From contig OX597818.1 in the NCBI GenBank assembly GCA_951406725.2, forward strand, positions 45,508,001-45,572,000: 64,000 nt of DNA, given 5' to 3'. The stretch is from Octopus vulgaris. Lineage: Eukaryota. The notes under the pieces are model-generated. The model was not told where the DNA came from, did not search any database, and saw only the letters and a program-made list of their open reading frames with translations. Below, piece by piece: positions 25,961 through 38,890 of this stretch. Position 1 is the stretch's first letter. Each line of letters begins with the position of its first letter. Both the position numbers and the translations under genes were made by a program.

Positions 25961-26408
25961 TTTCCATCACATATGATGTGAAGCAATGCAAAGCGTGTCA
26001 GCGAACCAACTACCGTTATACTAACAACCTCAGCGGATACCATCCACCGCTTGAATTGCCTTGGTCACATGTTATACACGCCGTAAACTAGCACGTATGC
26101 AACATTGCAAAACTTTTGACTCGCTTTGCAACCAAATATTGAAAATCGAGAAAGTTTGCGACAGCCTCAAGACACACTGAATAAAGTATCAAACATATTT
26201 TGTTAGTAAATATTTTATGTATCTGGGAATTTTGTTTGGTAACTAAAGTACATATAAATTTGAGATAGTGCTTATCGCTTTCTGTCGTAATTGAACTTTG
26301 CTAATACACAATTTTATCTGCAAAAATATAGTCATCTGTGTAAGCTACTACATTAAATTTGCTTTCATATGATACAGATGAGATTAACAAACATAGGCAT
26401 AGCTCTGT

Positions 26409-26822
26409 AGATGCAAGAAAGGCTATGTTGTTAAGAAGCTCGCTTTGTAACTGTGTGGCTTCTGATTAAGTCCTACTGCGTCACAACTTGGGGCAAGTGT
26501 CTTTTACTATATCTTCGAGTCAACCAGTGCCTTGTGAGTGAATTTGACAAACGGAAACTGCGGAATCCCGTTGTATGTACATACATGTGTGCGTTTGCGC
26601 GTGTCTTTCTGTCTGTGTTTTGTCACCTCCACCACCGCTTGATAACCAATGTTAGTTTGTTTACGTTTCTGTCACTCAGTGATTCGGCAAAAGAATGATA
26701 AAATAGTACCAGACTTTAGAAAAAAAATTATATCCAGGGGTCGATCTGTTCGGCTAAAATCCTTCAAGGCAGTGCCTCAGCAAAGCTGCAGTTCAATGCC
26801 TGAATCAAGTGAGAGATAAAAG
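26409..26822 (+). mobile_element. SINE group B, old diverged copy
   Basis: cttggggcaagtgtct, gccttgtgagtgaatttg and tail are colinear. Confidence 0.75.
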
Positions 26823-27149
26823 TACCCTTTATATCTGTAAAGGGTACTTCAGAGGTCATTTGGATTCAAAAGGGAGTCATAAGCAAAAAATAGAGTCGAG
26901 AATCTCTAATTTAAGGAGAAAAGGTATAAATATTACAGTTTGTGGGATTTGATGACTGATTTACAAAAGTGGGTTTCCACGCTGTCGAAAAAATAAATGG
27001 ATTAGTTAGAATAAAAGTTATTCCTGAGATAGTTAGTGTGATGTGGGCATTGAAAGAGTTGTTGATGCTGCTAATTATTTAGAAATACAGTTTGCTGCTT
27101 GTGGTTTATAATTGCACACAAATGTTTACCATTTCTGTTATTTTCTGCT

Positions 27150-28120
27150 TAGTTACTTGATGCGAGGTTTTATATCTGATCTTGCTGAAGTTGTTATTGT
27201 CGTGTTTGCTTCCACTACTGCTGCGACTACGGCTAATTCATCTGACAGTATCACAATAATATCTGCTACATCCTTAACCTCTATCACTATTGCGGCTTCT
27301 ATTATCAGAAGCAGTATTAGTAACTTTAGTGGTCTTGTTGTTGTTACTGTCGCAGTCGTTGTTGATGCTCTTATTACTGCTGTTGTTGTTTCTGCTGCAA
27401 TCGCTTCTGCTATTGTAGATGCGTCGCTGTCATTCATGATATGAGTGTTCCTATTTTTAGCGGTATTATCAGTAATATCGGTTTCCTCACGGGTGCGAGG
27501 AGAACCCACCTAGGTGGCCTCCTACTACCGCTCTTATCATTTTCTTTCTCTAAACAACTAACTCGAATAGAAGTTACACAAGATGCAGCCATACTTGATT
27601 TTCTGCAAACTATGTAGCTAACGTTAAAATTCACTTTTAAAATTATCTATCGAAGGAATTCCCACCACGGAAACCAAATTATTTTTTCTTTGCCATTTAA
27701 CTTAAACATGTTAGCTTGAAATTTCATTTCATTGTCTTCTTGTAGCTGCGATCTTCCAATTGCTTGCCGTCTTAAACTCTATGCAGGTATCTTCAAGGGA
27801 AATTCTTGTATACGCTGTCATCACCTTAAATGAGGAGCTGTCATAAGCAATGTAAAGTAAATTTTCTATTATTTCCAACACTTGGCTGGTTTTGTACCTC
27901 TTCCCCTCAGGCAGCCTTATTTCATCCATTTTCCCCGATCTCACACTAGCCACGAGATCCAGTCCTTTCTCCCCAGTATATCGACCTTCTGGAATCATCT
28001 CCAAGCTCATGTTTTCGCTGCAGGTGTTGGCTTATAACAATTTCAGCGAGATATTAACAGCGTCAAGCTCATCGATCCTGGAGTGCCTGTGAATGTCTTT
28101 GGCACTGTTCCTACCTCCAG
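27150..28120 (-). pseudogene. Decayed coding-like segment, probably ORF1 of a non-LTR retrotransposon
   Basis: Broken ORFs MDEIRLPEGKRYKTSQVLEIIEN..AYD followed by a T/A-rich low-complexity tract; family assignment is inference only. Confidence 0.35.
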
Positions 28121-28337
28121 ACATAGAAAGCAAAAAATATCGATAACTATCACTGATTATATACATCGTCTCAATGTTATAAACTTGGCAAAGGTTAGGA
28201 TGTAATCGATTTAAGCAAGACGATACTCAGCGACTACTTATTTGATCCACTCTGAAAGGACGGAAGCCAATGTCGACCATGCGCGATATCAACTGAGAAC
28301 ATACAAGAACAACTAAATTTTGTCTGGTAACCCAACC

Positions 28338-28545
28338 TATTTACTACCCACAAGGGGCTAAACACAGAGAGGACAAACAAGGACTGACAAACGGATTAAG
28401 ACGTAACTGGTACTTATTTAATCGACCCCGAAAGGATGAAAGGCAAAGTCGACCTCGGCGGAATTTGAACTCAGAACGTACCGGCAGACGAAATACGGCT
28501 ACGCATTTCGCCCGGCGTGCTAACGTTTCTGCCAGCTCGCCGCCA
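28338..28545 (-). mobile_element. SINE group A (tail A2)
   Basis: 17-bp TSD tgtctggtaacccaacc. Confidence 0.92.
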
Positions 28546-29963
28546 TATACCATGTCTGGTAACCCAACCGTCTACCATTCCATGTTTCTAATATAAGCAC
28601 AATATTTCAAATTTGAAAGGCGGTGTATTGACGTTAAAACAATCACTGTACTAGATAAGAAATATTTTTAACATACGGAAAGAATGAAAGGTAACCTACC
28701 AGAGTAGCATTTGATCTTAGAACCTAAAATGAATTATTTAAATGTTATAAAGTATTGTGTCCAGCCCTTTGGCCATTCTGCCATCCTTCACTCCACAATA
28801 TAAGTAATAATGATTTCTAACTGAGACAGAATGATACGCATCTAGTAGAGCAATTTAGTCGGTTAAATCTACTGCGATGTGTATACCCAGACTTGCTACC
28901 TCTACTCCTAATGGTGTGATGTGGACGCCTTAGTAACATACAACGTGTCTTGAATATTTTAAAACCTGGTGGAGACTTCTTACAAGATCTGACCACCGCT
29001 GATTTCTTTCAGAGAGAAAAAAGATTTTTAAAAGAGAATAAGGCAAAAAGAAGAATCGACATCATATTTGGAATGGTATTTTTTCAACCCCGAAAGGATA
29101 AAAGATAAAGTTGACCTCAGTGTGGGTTGAACTCAGAGAAAAGAAATCCAGAACGAACATGCTGAAGCATTCTGTACAATACTCTACAAACACTACCGAT
29201 TCGCCGCAAAATCAGATTGTGAACGGGTGTGACTAATTACTGTGAGGCGTTATGTGCGACATCCAACTAACTTTGCCATAAACCACCACAATTAGTTTAT
29301 CGGAGGTTCGACGGTGTCTACCATCCATCATCATCACCAATTTATCTGAAGTTCTATCTACCTATTCTGATAATCTACCGCCCTTCTTGACAACATTTTA
29401 TCACTCTTATAATCTGCGTCTTTTTCTCTCAATGATTTTTGAATTGTATTGAAAGTTATCTGAAACAACTCAATTAAATTTCACTTCAAGTAGTAATTCA
29501 TTATGCATTATGGTTATATAACTGCCCTAAGTTCATTAGAGCTTTATCTTTTATTTTGGTTGTTTTGCTTTATTATTTTAGTGGAGGGGGGGCTTTTTTT
29601 TTTCAAACCAATGATCTTAATAAAAGGAGATTACTGTAAATAGTTTTCACCAGTGAGAGCAGTGAATTGGGCAGAAATGGTTCAGCGATGAAGCAAACAC
29701 CTCCCCTTGAATTACGTTTTGAGTTGAAATTCAGCCAAGTAAGACTTTGCCATTTGTTTCTAAAGGGTCAATAAAAAATGTACCAGTAATGTATGGAGGA
29801 TAAATTTAATCGATCGTTTCACACTCCTAAACTTAGTAACCTTGAATCTTGTCTTTATGTCAAAGATTAGCATTCATTTATTTATTTATTTATTTCCAGT
29901 AGAGGATTGGCAGAATAGGAAGAGAATCGAAGCGAATGCATTGTGGTATTTAGTTACATTTCA

Positions 29964-30378
29964 GGCGGCGAGCTAGCAGAACTGCTAGCACGCCGGGCGA
30001 AATGCTTAGTGGTATTTCATCTGCTGTTACGTTCTGAGTTCAAATTCCGCCGAGGTCGACTTTGCCTTTCATCCTTTCGGGGTCGATAAATTAAGGACCA
30101 GTTACGCACTGGGGTCGATATAATCGACTTAATCCGTGTGTCTGTCCTTGTTTGTCCTCTCTGTGTTTAGCCCCTTGTGGGTTGTAAAGAAATAGGTATT
30201 TCGTCTGCCGTTACGTTGTGAGTTCAAATTCCACCGAGGTCGACTTTGCCTTTCATCCTTTCGGGGTCGATAAATTAAGTACCAGTTACACACTGGGGTA
30301 GATGTAATTGACTTAATCCGTTTGTCTGTTCTTGTTTGTCCCCTCTATGTTTAGCCCCTTGTGGCTAATAAAGAAATA
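29964..30378 (+). mobile_element. SINE group A dimer (tail A2) inserted in an older group A-like SINE
   Basis: TSD ggtatttagttac (29945-29957 and 30379-30391); host head at about 29900, host remainder to about 30490. Confidence 0.9.
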
Positions 30379-30793
30379 GGTATTTAGTTACGTCTGTTTA
30401 CATCCATTGTTCAAATCCCATCGATGTCATCTTTAGTTTTCAGCCTCCTGATTCGATAAAAATCAATTGCTGTGGTCGACATAATCGTCTAAAAATTCCC
30501 TATGTAAGAAATCAGTAAATTGCTTATGTAAGAAATCAGTATTTTTATGATATTTTGAAAGCCTTAATAATAATTTTCTTTAGCAATAGATTCAGCTTAT
30601 CAAATGTTCATTACTGAACGTAATCGAATTTTTTATCACTTTACTTTTTAAAAAAATCTTAAGTAAAAACATAAATTAGAAATGTTAGAACAATTTTGTT
30701 GTTGCTGTTAAAGTTATTTTACTCGTTTGTTTTTGTTTATATCTGGTTGTCATATGTGCGTCTGTGTGTGTAAGTGTGTGTATGTGCGTGTGA

Positions 30794-30855
<62 letters not shown>

Positions 30856-30866
30856 TGGTAGGTAGG

Positions 30867-30957
<91 letters not shown>

Positions 30958-30960
30958 CTA
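30794..30960. repeat. (GATA)n microsatellite
   Basis: Direct reading. Confidence 0.98.
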
Positions 30961-32294
30961 GCTATGGATTTATATATTGATAGTGTTAAAGCATAATAGT
31001 AATGTAATACTCATTGCATGTTAGGAGACATTTCTATATTTCAGAGATATTGCAGCATTTGATGAAATAGAGACACTTTACAAATATGCTTCCTCAAATT
31101 TATAATGGAGAAACGGAATATATTCATGTCTTTTTCCTGAAAAATAATGGCGACTGTGAAAAGGATACAACTGCGAAAAGGAAACGGAGTTGCGTGTTCT
31201 GCTCTCTGAATGTAGCGCTTTACTTTTGCTTCTTCAACATATATGTACAGAGTGTGTGTGAAAATATTTCCAGATAATAAGACAATATGTATAACATTAT
31301 ACCACATCATATTTTGTCCCTTTAACATATACTTGGTCTTGCTGTTAAGATTGTCTTTGAGTGAAAAGTCAAGTAAACAAGAACTAAGGAATACCAAATG
31401 AGGTGTGAAGATTTCTCAAAGCCAGAGCAGTTCAATTGCTTAGTTCACATTCGAGGAAATACTCTATAAGATATTCTCGCGTGTGCTGTCATAATTTACT
31501 TGGTCATAAAAAAATAACGTCCATGGTATATATTTCAAGCATAGCATTTTGTAAGTGCAAACGTACTTTTTTCCTCTTCAAATTATTTTCCGCTAAAACT
31601 CACGTTCATAAGTGCAGGCGAACTGCCACTAAGCTCTAGAATTTCAGTTTTCCTTAGAATTTCTATAAGTTTCTATGAAGTATGTTTTATGTTTGATTCG
31701 AATAAATAGGAATTTTACATAAAATGTTGATTTTTTTTTTTCACACAAGTCAACCCTGAAATATCAGGCTTCTGATCAAAGGTGCTCCAGCCCTGACATT
31801 CTGTCTTTATTGCAGGCGTAGTGTATTTTTTTAGACAGTATGGCTTGTTTTTTGTTGTTTTTTTTTTGGGGGGGGGGGGGTTATTTGCAAAATGTCAAAT
31901 TATCCCGTAGGACTCCCTCATCAGTCTTTTTGGTATATGATTTTCCCAATGCTTGCTGCATTCACCTGAAGAATCGCCATCTCTTCGAAAAGGAGATGAT
32001 TCTTCAGGTGGGAATATCCTGGGTGATGAATTTTCAGGTTGCAACACCCAAGAGCTCGAAAACTTTATCCATGACCATCAGTCGATTATGGCATGCAATA
32101 ACTTCCAGACAATTGTGGGATCACTACTATAAAGTTATTCAGTGATTTCAACGAAACAGACTTTTAAAGCGTGAAGTGAGATGTGACACTTAGGGTAACT
32201 GCATGAATGGAAAAAATACTCCAGATCGAATGATGGTCTTCTGTGAAAATACAAAACAAAAAAGCTACTTGACTTACAAATCCATTAAGTCTAT

Positions 32295-32522
32295 AAGAGT
32301 TGGCTGAATCGGTAGTGCGCCGGGTGAAATGCTTAGCAGTTTTTCGTCTGTCTTTATGTTCTGAATTCAAATTCCGCCAAGGTCGACTTTGCCTTTCATC
32401 CTTTCGGGGTCGATAAATTAAGTTCCAGTGACGCACTGGGGTCGATGTAATCGACTTAATCCGTTTGTCTGTCCTTGTTTGTCCCCTCTATGTTTAGCCC
32501 CTTGTGGGCAATAAAAAAATAA
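32295..32522 (+). mobile_element. SINE group A (tail A2)
   Basis: Head, middle and A2 tail. Confidence 0.88.
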
Positions 32523-32699
32523 GAAATAAGAATAGAAATTTCTTTCCCTTCTAATATTTTACTTCAGAAGTGTTATGCTATGTATCTTTGTGGTGAACAT
32601 ACGAGGCCATATGTCACAAAAATGTTCATGCATGCACAGGATGGATGGCGTCACTTTCTACCTAAAGGATTTTGCCACGCCGCACTAGTTTTGACGGGG

Positions 32700-33060
32700 G
32701 GAAAATGAAGTCGGATATTTTTTGAACGCACCTCATATTGCAGAATCAGAAGGTTGTTGGGTGAACTTTTCTGAAAAAGCGATGATTTACGGCTGCAGCT
32801 TTTGTACAGACTTGGTACAGTTTCCACCTTTAGCTACCATTGACACTGAACTACGAAACGATAATCTTTCTCTGTGTGTTGAGTATTTAAAACATTTGTA
32901 TAGTGATATGGGAGTTCAGTCCAACGAATTACTACAGATAAGAATTCCAAATTTGTACTGTATACTTTGAAGTAAATCTAGTCAAACTTGGCGGGGTTGG
33001 CGTCACTATAGAGATTGATGAGTCTTTGCTCTTCTATGAGCCGAAATATCATCATAGACT
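32700..33060 (+). mobile_element. Merlin (IS1595/ISXO2-like) transposase fragment with a 147-bp foreign insert
   Basis: FCTDL, insert, then CTVYFEVNLVKLGGVGVTIEIDESLLFYEPKYH (GGxGxxVEIDES..KY motif). Confidence 0.8.
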
Positions 33061-33231
33061 TGAACGATATTCTCCTGCAGGTATGAGTCCTTCAAATGGT
33101 TCATTGAAAATTCTTGAGACAATGGCTGATATCATCCTTCTTCCTATCACCCTTCTTCCTTCTTCCCATATAATATTCAAAACAGTTCGACAATTTTGAG
33201 TATTATAGGAAACTATTGTGAGAAACTAAAA

Positions 33232-34930
33232 GAATCTTTTCGGTTTGGCTCGCGCTTTTTGGAATTTTAAAATTAAGTGAAAATTTTCAAATTTCGTATA
33301 TTGATGTAATTTTTCACGCTGAATTTGATGTTGTTACTCACTTGTTTCCGAAAATTTTTAGAAAGATTTTACAGAGGTTTAAATTTTGATTATTTTTACC
33401 CAATCAGGAAATAGAATTTGGAAGCTGGCATTTTGTGCGCGATGACATTACGACGACAAAACGATCAACGACGTAAGTTATTATTTGTTTGCGAGGCATG
33501 TAAACAATAGAAGAGGGAAGAAATCTTCAATGATTTTGTTTGTTTGTTTGTTTTTTGTGAAAAGTTACAAAAAAAAAACAACGTTAAATTAAGAAAACAA
33601 AAGTTCAGTCCATGTAACAATACATATTTCGTAACAAAAATTCAAGAACGAAAGTTTGCGGTACACTCTGAGAATTTGTCAAACAAACTAGAATTTTCTT
33701 TTCTCCTGCGCCACATAAATTAGCAGATATACGAGTCAACCTTAGAATGGTGTGTGCTACAACACCGTTTATTACTTCGCTTTATAGAGGCCCATGTGCT
33801 TTCCATTTCTAGCTTATAGATACCATTTTTTTTTCGACTTAATAAACTCAACGCTGTAGTTCACTATTCTTTGTTGAAAATTATAATCGTCAATTTCAGG
33901 AATGTGAGAGTAGGCCCTCTACAAGTCCTTGTAAATTGTTATTTTGTGGTTCCCGGAAGAATCGACTGACATATACATTCGTCCAGTATGTCACAATTCC
34001 GGCATAGTACCGTATGAGGAAAAACATATCTGATTTTGTAACACACTCCTTCAAAAACCCATCGCTCAGGTAACATCCTTCTTTGGTCGTATTTACGTCT
34101 TGAGAAGACTATTTCGTTTATCTCAACAAGGCTATACCTTGTCTTGTTACTATGAGAAAAGACACCAATATGTCTATGGTTTTCGATTGGCTAAAATTAC
34201 CCGGATCTTTTCGGTTTGACCGGCAGTTTTTTTTAAATAATTTCCACGTAACTAAACACTTTTAAACTTCGTATACTGGTAGAATGTGTTTATAAAACAT
34301 CTTTTTCTCTTGGCTTTATTGAGAAAATTCTATAGATTGTAAGATATTTGTTGTTTTTTTCCTTCAATTTCTGCAATTTCAACCAATCAACGACGTCTAT
34401 TGAGGTAAAAAAAACATTCTGTGCCGTATGAATATTCCCTCGTTTAAGAAACAGATTGGGTTTATTTACATTTGTGAAGAAAAAAAAGATACCCTTCCCC
34501 CACCCCTAACCCTAACCCTAACTAACCCTAAAACAGATTGAAATGCAATATATCGACACTAGGGTCATAATTATGGGTGACAATTTCATATGACACCACT
34601 AGAAAAAACTGCCGTTCAAACCGAAAAGATTCAATTACCCAGCATTTGCAAAGTTTAAAAGCTATTAACTTTTTATTCAATAATATATGGCAAAAATGAA
34701 TTTAATTTCCATAATTAGCATACTACATCAATACACCAAATTTGAAATCAATTGGAACAAAATTAAAAGAATTGAGAAGCGTGAGCCAAACAAAAAGATT
34801 CAAGTAAAACATAGAGTATACTGTACATATTTTAATTTTTTTCCTTTAAACTTTGAATTTAGTGTATATTATTCAAAATTATCTCTAAAATAATTAGTAA
34901 TAGATTCAATTAATTTCATAACACCGGATC
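33232..34930 (-). mobile_element. Decayed Merlin element
   Basis: Minus strand VFSRRKYDQRRMLPERWVFEG, ILPGTT, IVNYSVEF, MESTWASIKR, VDSYIC*FMWRR; terminus gaatcttttcggtttg at 33232 resembles the nested MITE TIR; right boundary approximate. Confidence 0.75.
34203..34632. mobile_element. Merlin-type MITE with internal telomeric repeats
   Basis: TIRs ggatcttttcggtttgaccggcagttttt / aaaaactgccgttcaaaccgaaaagattc; exact 8-bp TSD aattaccc (34195-34202 and 34633-34640); (CCCTAA)n at about 34504-34531. Confidence 0.9.
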
Positions 34931-35088
34931 TAATCTACTTTTCGGGGTTTTTTTTTTTTTTTTCAAAATAAAACTACATCACATGAATGTTATCTTAGTT
35001 ATGTAAATTATATTCACCGTAGAATGGTATGACGCCAATTCAGATGGAACAGGTTGTGATGACACCTCACTCTCTCTCTCTTTCTCTC

Positions 35089-35138
<50 letters not shown>

Positions 35139-35819
35139 TCTCATATAATTATATGCATTCACACGAATTTATATTCTTTATTTCAAACGTTAAAACAGCT
35201 TCTTCATTTTTTTTTCTATTTGTTCAGACGTTGCGTTTCAGTATTATTTCTATGGTTGAAAATACATTTTGTATCAAACCTTACTTACCCTCACCTCCTT
35301 ATTTTTATTCTTACATGCATATCTTATTCCACAATGTTACTTTATGGGAAAGCAGAATTGATATTACCTACAACTTTCACAAGATCCCCATTTAACTGAT
35401 ATTGTCAGTCTTAGTTATATATTTAATCTATAAAAAAATATTACATAATGTAGTCTTGAAATGTAAAAATTGTTCCTTTTTGTGCAAAGGGATATCACAC
35501 TGTTTGTAATTCATTTCACGATATCATCCTTGCCTAACTTATTGTAATGGTAATCATTTACATGCATACAATTGTAATTCGCTTTGTAGGTATGCACAGT
35601 GTTTCTGTCACAAGATATATACTAGTTAATTGATAATATTCAGCGAATTACAAGGTCGGTGAATTGACAAAACCTTATACTGCAATCGGACAGAATCTGT
35701 GATAGTATTTAGTTATATCATCCCTACGTTTTTATTTCGAACCCAGTTAAGGGAAGCTTTTTATTTTTTTCATTCTTCTGAAGTCAGTAAAATTATAAAT
35801 GCTGCGGTAGTTATAACTT

Positions 35820-36047
35820 TTTTTTTACTACCCACAAGGGGCTAAACACAGAGGAGACAAACAAGGACAGACAAACGGATTAAGTCGATTGTATCGACCC
35901 AGTGCGTAACTGGTACTTAATTTATCACCCCGAAAGGATGAAAGGCAAAGTCGACCTCGGCGGACTTTGAACTCAGAACGTAAGGGCAGACGAAATACGG
36001 CTACGAATTTCGCCCGGCGTGCTAACGTTTCTGCCAGCTCACCGCCT
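35820..36047 (-). mobile_element. SINE group A (tail A2)
   Basis: Full-length match; gttataact on both flanks. Confidence 0.9.
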
Positions 36048-36399
36048 TAACTATGTCGTTATAACTATGTCCTTCTCTTGAAATTGAGCTCTTGTGCCAA
36101 TACAAGAAATCAATATCCATTTTTTTTTGTTTTTGTTTTTTGTTTTTTTGTTATATTACTCTCTGCTTTAGGTGCAAGACCTGCTTGGGGTTACGTCGAT
36201 CCAAGTGGTCAACTGGCATTTATTTTATCAACACCAGAAGGATGAAAGGCATAGCACTTGAACTTAGAGGGTAAAGCCGGAAAAAATACTGCTAACCATT
36301 TTGTCCGGTGTGCTAACGATTCTCCCAGCTTGCTTCCTTTTCTTGTTGTTATATTATCTTTCATGACACTAGCAAATTGCCATAGACAAGGTATTTGAA

Positions 36400-36910
36400 T
36401 ACGATTCCACTTCGTTCCTAAGTTATAAATACTTGATCTTTAACTGTAGTCAGTCCGCCTAGTAGAGATATTGCGATTAAGAGATGTCAATCATCTTCAC
36501 TATCCAGTATAGCCTTGGATATTAAAGCACTGGCATTATTCAAATATAGGCGGATGAGATTAAATTACGAGATGTTTCAGCAATGCATCTCTTATTGTCT
36601 TGTCCTTCTAAGCTAGCGAATGTGGATAGTTTGGATGTAGTCCTATTTTCACTTAGATTCGGGAGCACCAGTTCAAACTGTTTGGTCGTGTTGCTTGAAT
36701 TTCCGAGTTAAACCCTGCTTACCGTGTTCTCTTCACTGGGAAACTGGTTGGGTTGACGGCTGGTGTTGGTCGACCACATGGACACGACAGATAAGGAGGT
36801 ATTCGCAGAAATGAGGAGTGACTCGAACTCTGCTCGACAGATCATCCGGCAGGACTCTAGACTATACTGATAAATGGTGAATGCAGCAACGCGCTGCCAC
36901 GGCACCTAAA
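36400..36910 (+). mobile_element. Decayed RTE-like LINE 3' region
   Basis: IREHQFKLFGRVA..PA..GRPH..RQDSRLY..MVNAATRC. Confidence 0.6.
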
Positions 36911-37648
36911 TTGACGCTACATAGGCCGTATATGTCTGTAAGCCGGATGCCGGAAGATCAACTTAAAACTGATAGGTAGATATTTGATTACTGAAAATTG
37001 AACGCGTCATTTCAACACGGAAACAGTTCCTTGTCTAGAATAATGAGATAATTAAGGAATCGACGAAGGATAATAAAAGATTAAGAATAGATGGCATTAA
37101 AAGCAGAAACTATACGGGAAACAATTAGTGTAGCAATACAAAATATTAGATGCGATAGGGAGTTAATGATTAAACTAGAAGAGGTTTATAGGAAAGTTAT
37201 CACTGGTGATGTACAAAAGGAAATATAATAACACTTGGCCATTTCTTTGGCTTCATGGATGTTATTTGAATTATTCGTGTTAAGGTGTGAATGCACGATA
37301 TACAATTGACGAAACTGGATGGCAGAGGCTTGATGGAATAACGAGTCTACGAAACGGGATTTCCCATATCAAAATGTGTACAGTCTCTCGGCATCATTGT
37401 GCTGAACAGTTAAAGCGATGAGATTGAAACTATGTTCTCAATAGTTACCTAAACTGATTTGCTACGTTTCTCAGTTGAAGAAATAAGGAATGAGAAATCC
37501 CTATAAATGTACCTAATGTACAGAAGATAAGGGGCCGGCGAACTACTAGAGACAAAATCAAGCTGCAATTGATTGATACAGAAATGTCTGCGCTACAGAT
37601 TCGGTTCGAACATGATTTAGTTGCTTCAGTCTTAGATATACTGTTAAT

Positions 37649-38219
37649 GTGAACGCGCGTGGCTTAGTGGTTAGGGGCATTCGGTTCATAATCGTAAGGT
37701 CGTGAGTTCAATTCCCGGCGGCGCGTTGTGTCCTTGAGCAAGACAGTTTATTTCACGTTGCTCCAGTCCACTCAGCTGGCAAAAATGAGTAGTACCTGTA
37801 TTTCGAAGGGCCAGCCTTGTCACACTCTGTGTCACGCTGACTCTCCCCGAGAACTACGTTAAGGGTACACGTGTTTGTGGATTGCTCAGCCACTTGTAGT
37901 CATAGGCTCGCGGTTTCGATTCCCAGACCGGGCGTTGTGAGTGTTTATTGAGTGAAAACACCTAAAGTTCCACGAGGCTCCCGCTGAACTCTTTCACTGC
38001 AACTTTTTCTCACTTTTTCTTCCTGTTTTTGTTGTACCTGTATTTCCAAGGGACAGCCCTTGTCCCACTCTGTGTCACGCTGAATCTCCCCGAGAACTAC
38101 GTTAAGGATACACGTGTCTGTGGAGTGCTCAGCCACTTACACGTTTATTTCACGAACAAGCTGCTCCGTTGATCATATCAGCTGGGACTCTCGTCGTCGC
38201 AACCGACGGAGTGCTCCCA
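37649..38219 (+). mobile_element. SINE group D (head D + tail C1) followed by a 5'-truncated SINE group C
   Basis: Head gcgcgtggcttagtggttagg..GAGTTCAATTCCC, gtgtccttgagcaag; both units share tacctgtatttc..gagaactacgttaagg. Confidence 0.88.
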
Positions 38220-38629
38220 TATTGTTAATATCTCTCCATTTCACGTCCTTCGGTGCCACATCACAAGCAGTTTTCTTCTTGTCTAGCTGACTGGAGCGAG
38301 GAAGGCAGAATAGTGGATTAGGTTGTAAAAACTTAGGACAGGGTCTTCTCGTTCCAAGAAATCTGAAGTTTTGTATCATTTGAAGCGGAAAGAGAAGTGT
38401 GGAGAGTTACCATTCTACATTGAATTATATAAAAGTAAGGGGAAAGTGGAGAATTTAATTTTTGCCAATAGATTGGAGCTGAAGTGAATATAAGCCTATA
38501 TTGAAGAAAGATCGGAATTTTCGCAAGCTTTATCTTCCCTGAGTTCTTTTCGAGCCATATTTATATACAACGTTATGTTTTATAAGGAGAAACATTGCGT
38601 CCCAGTAGTGACAATCCTGTCTATCATTA

Positions 38630-38890
38630 AATAAAAGTAATGCGCCCTTTTTTTAAAGCTTAACCAGGCTCATGGGCCCGGTTTCCCGGTTTCTATGGCG
38701 TATGTGTTCCCTAGCTGGACGGGACGCCAGTCCATCGCAGCGTTACTCATTTTTGCCAGCTGAATGGACTGGAGCAACGTGAAAGGAAGTGTTTTGCTCA
38801 AGAACACAACGCGTCGCCCGGTCCAGGAATCGAAACCACAATCTTACGATCATGATTCTGACACCCTAACCATTAAGCTACGCGCCACCA
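38630..38890 (-). mobile_element. SINE group D with alternative V-domain-like 3' half
   Basis: Same head and middle as 37649, then gcgatggactggcgtcccgtccag; near-perfect TSD ctgtctaYcatta. Confidence 0.85.

Noticed and set aside
35009-35055. Micro-exon EWYDANSDGT
   Set aside because: Weak donor, and joining to the 31550 donor creates a stop codon.
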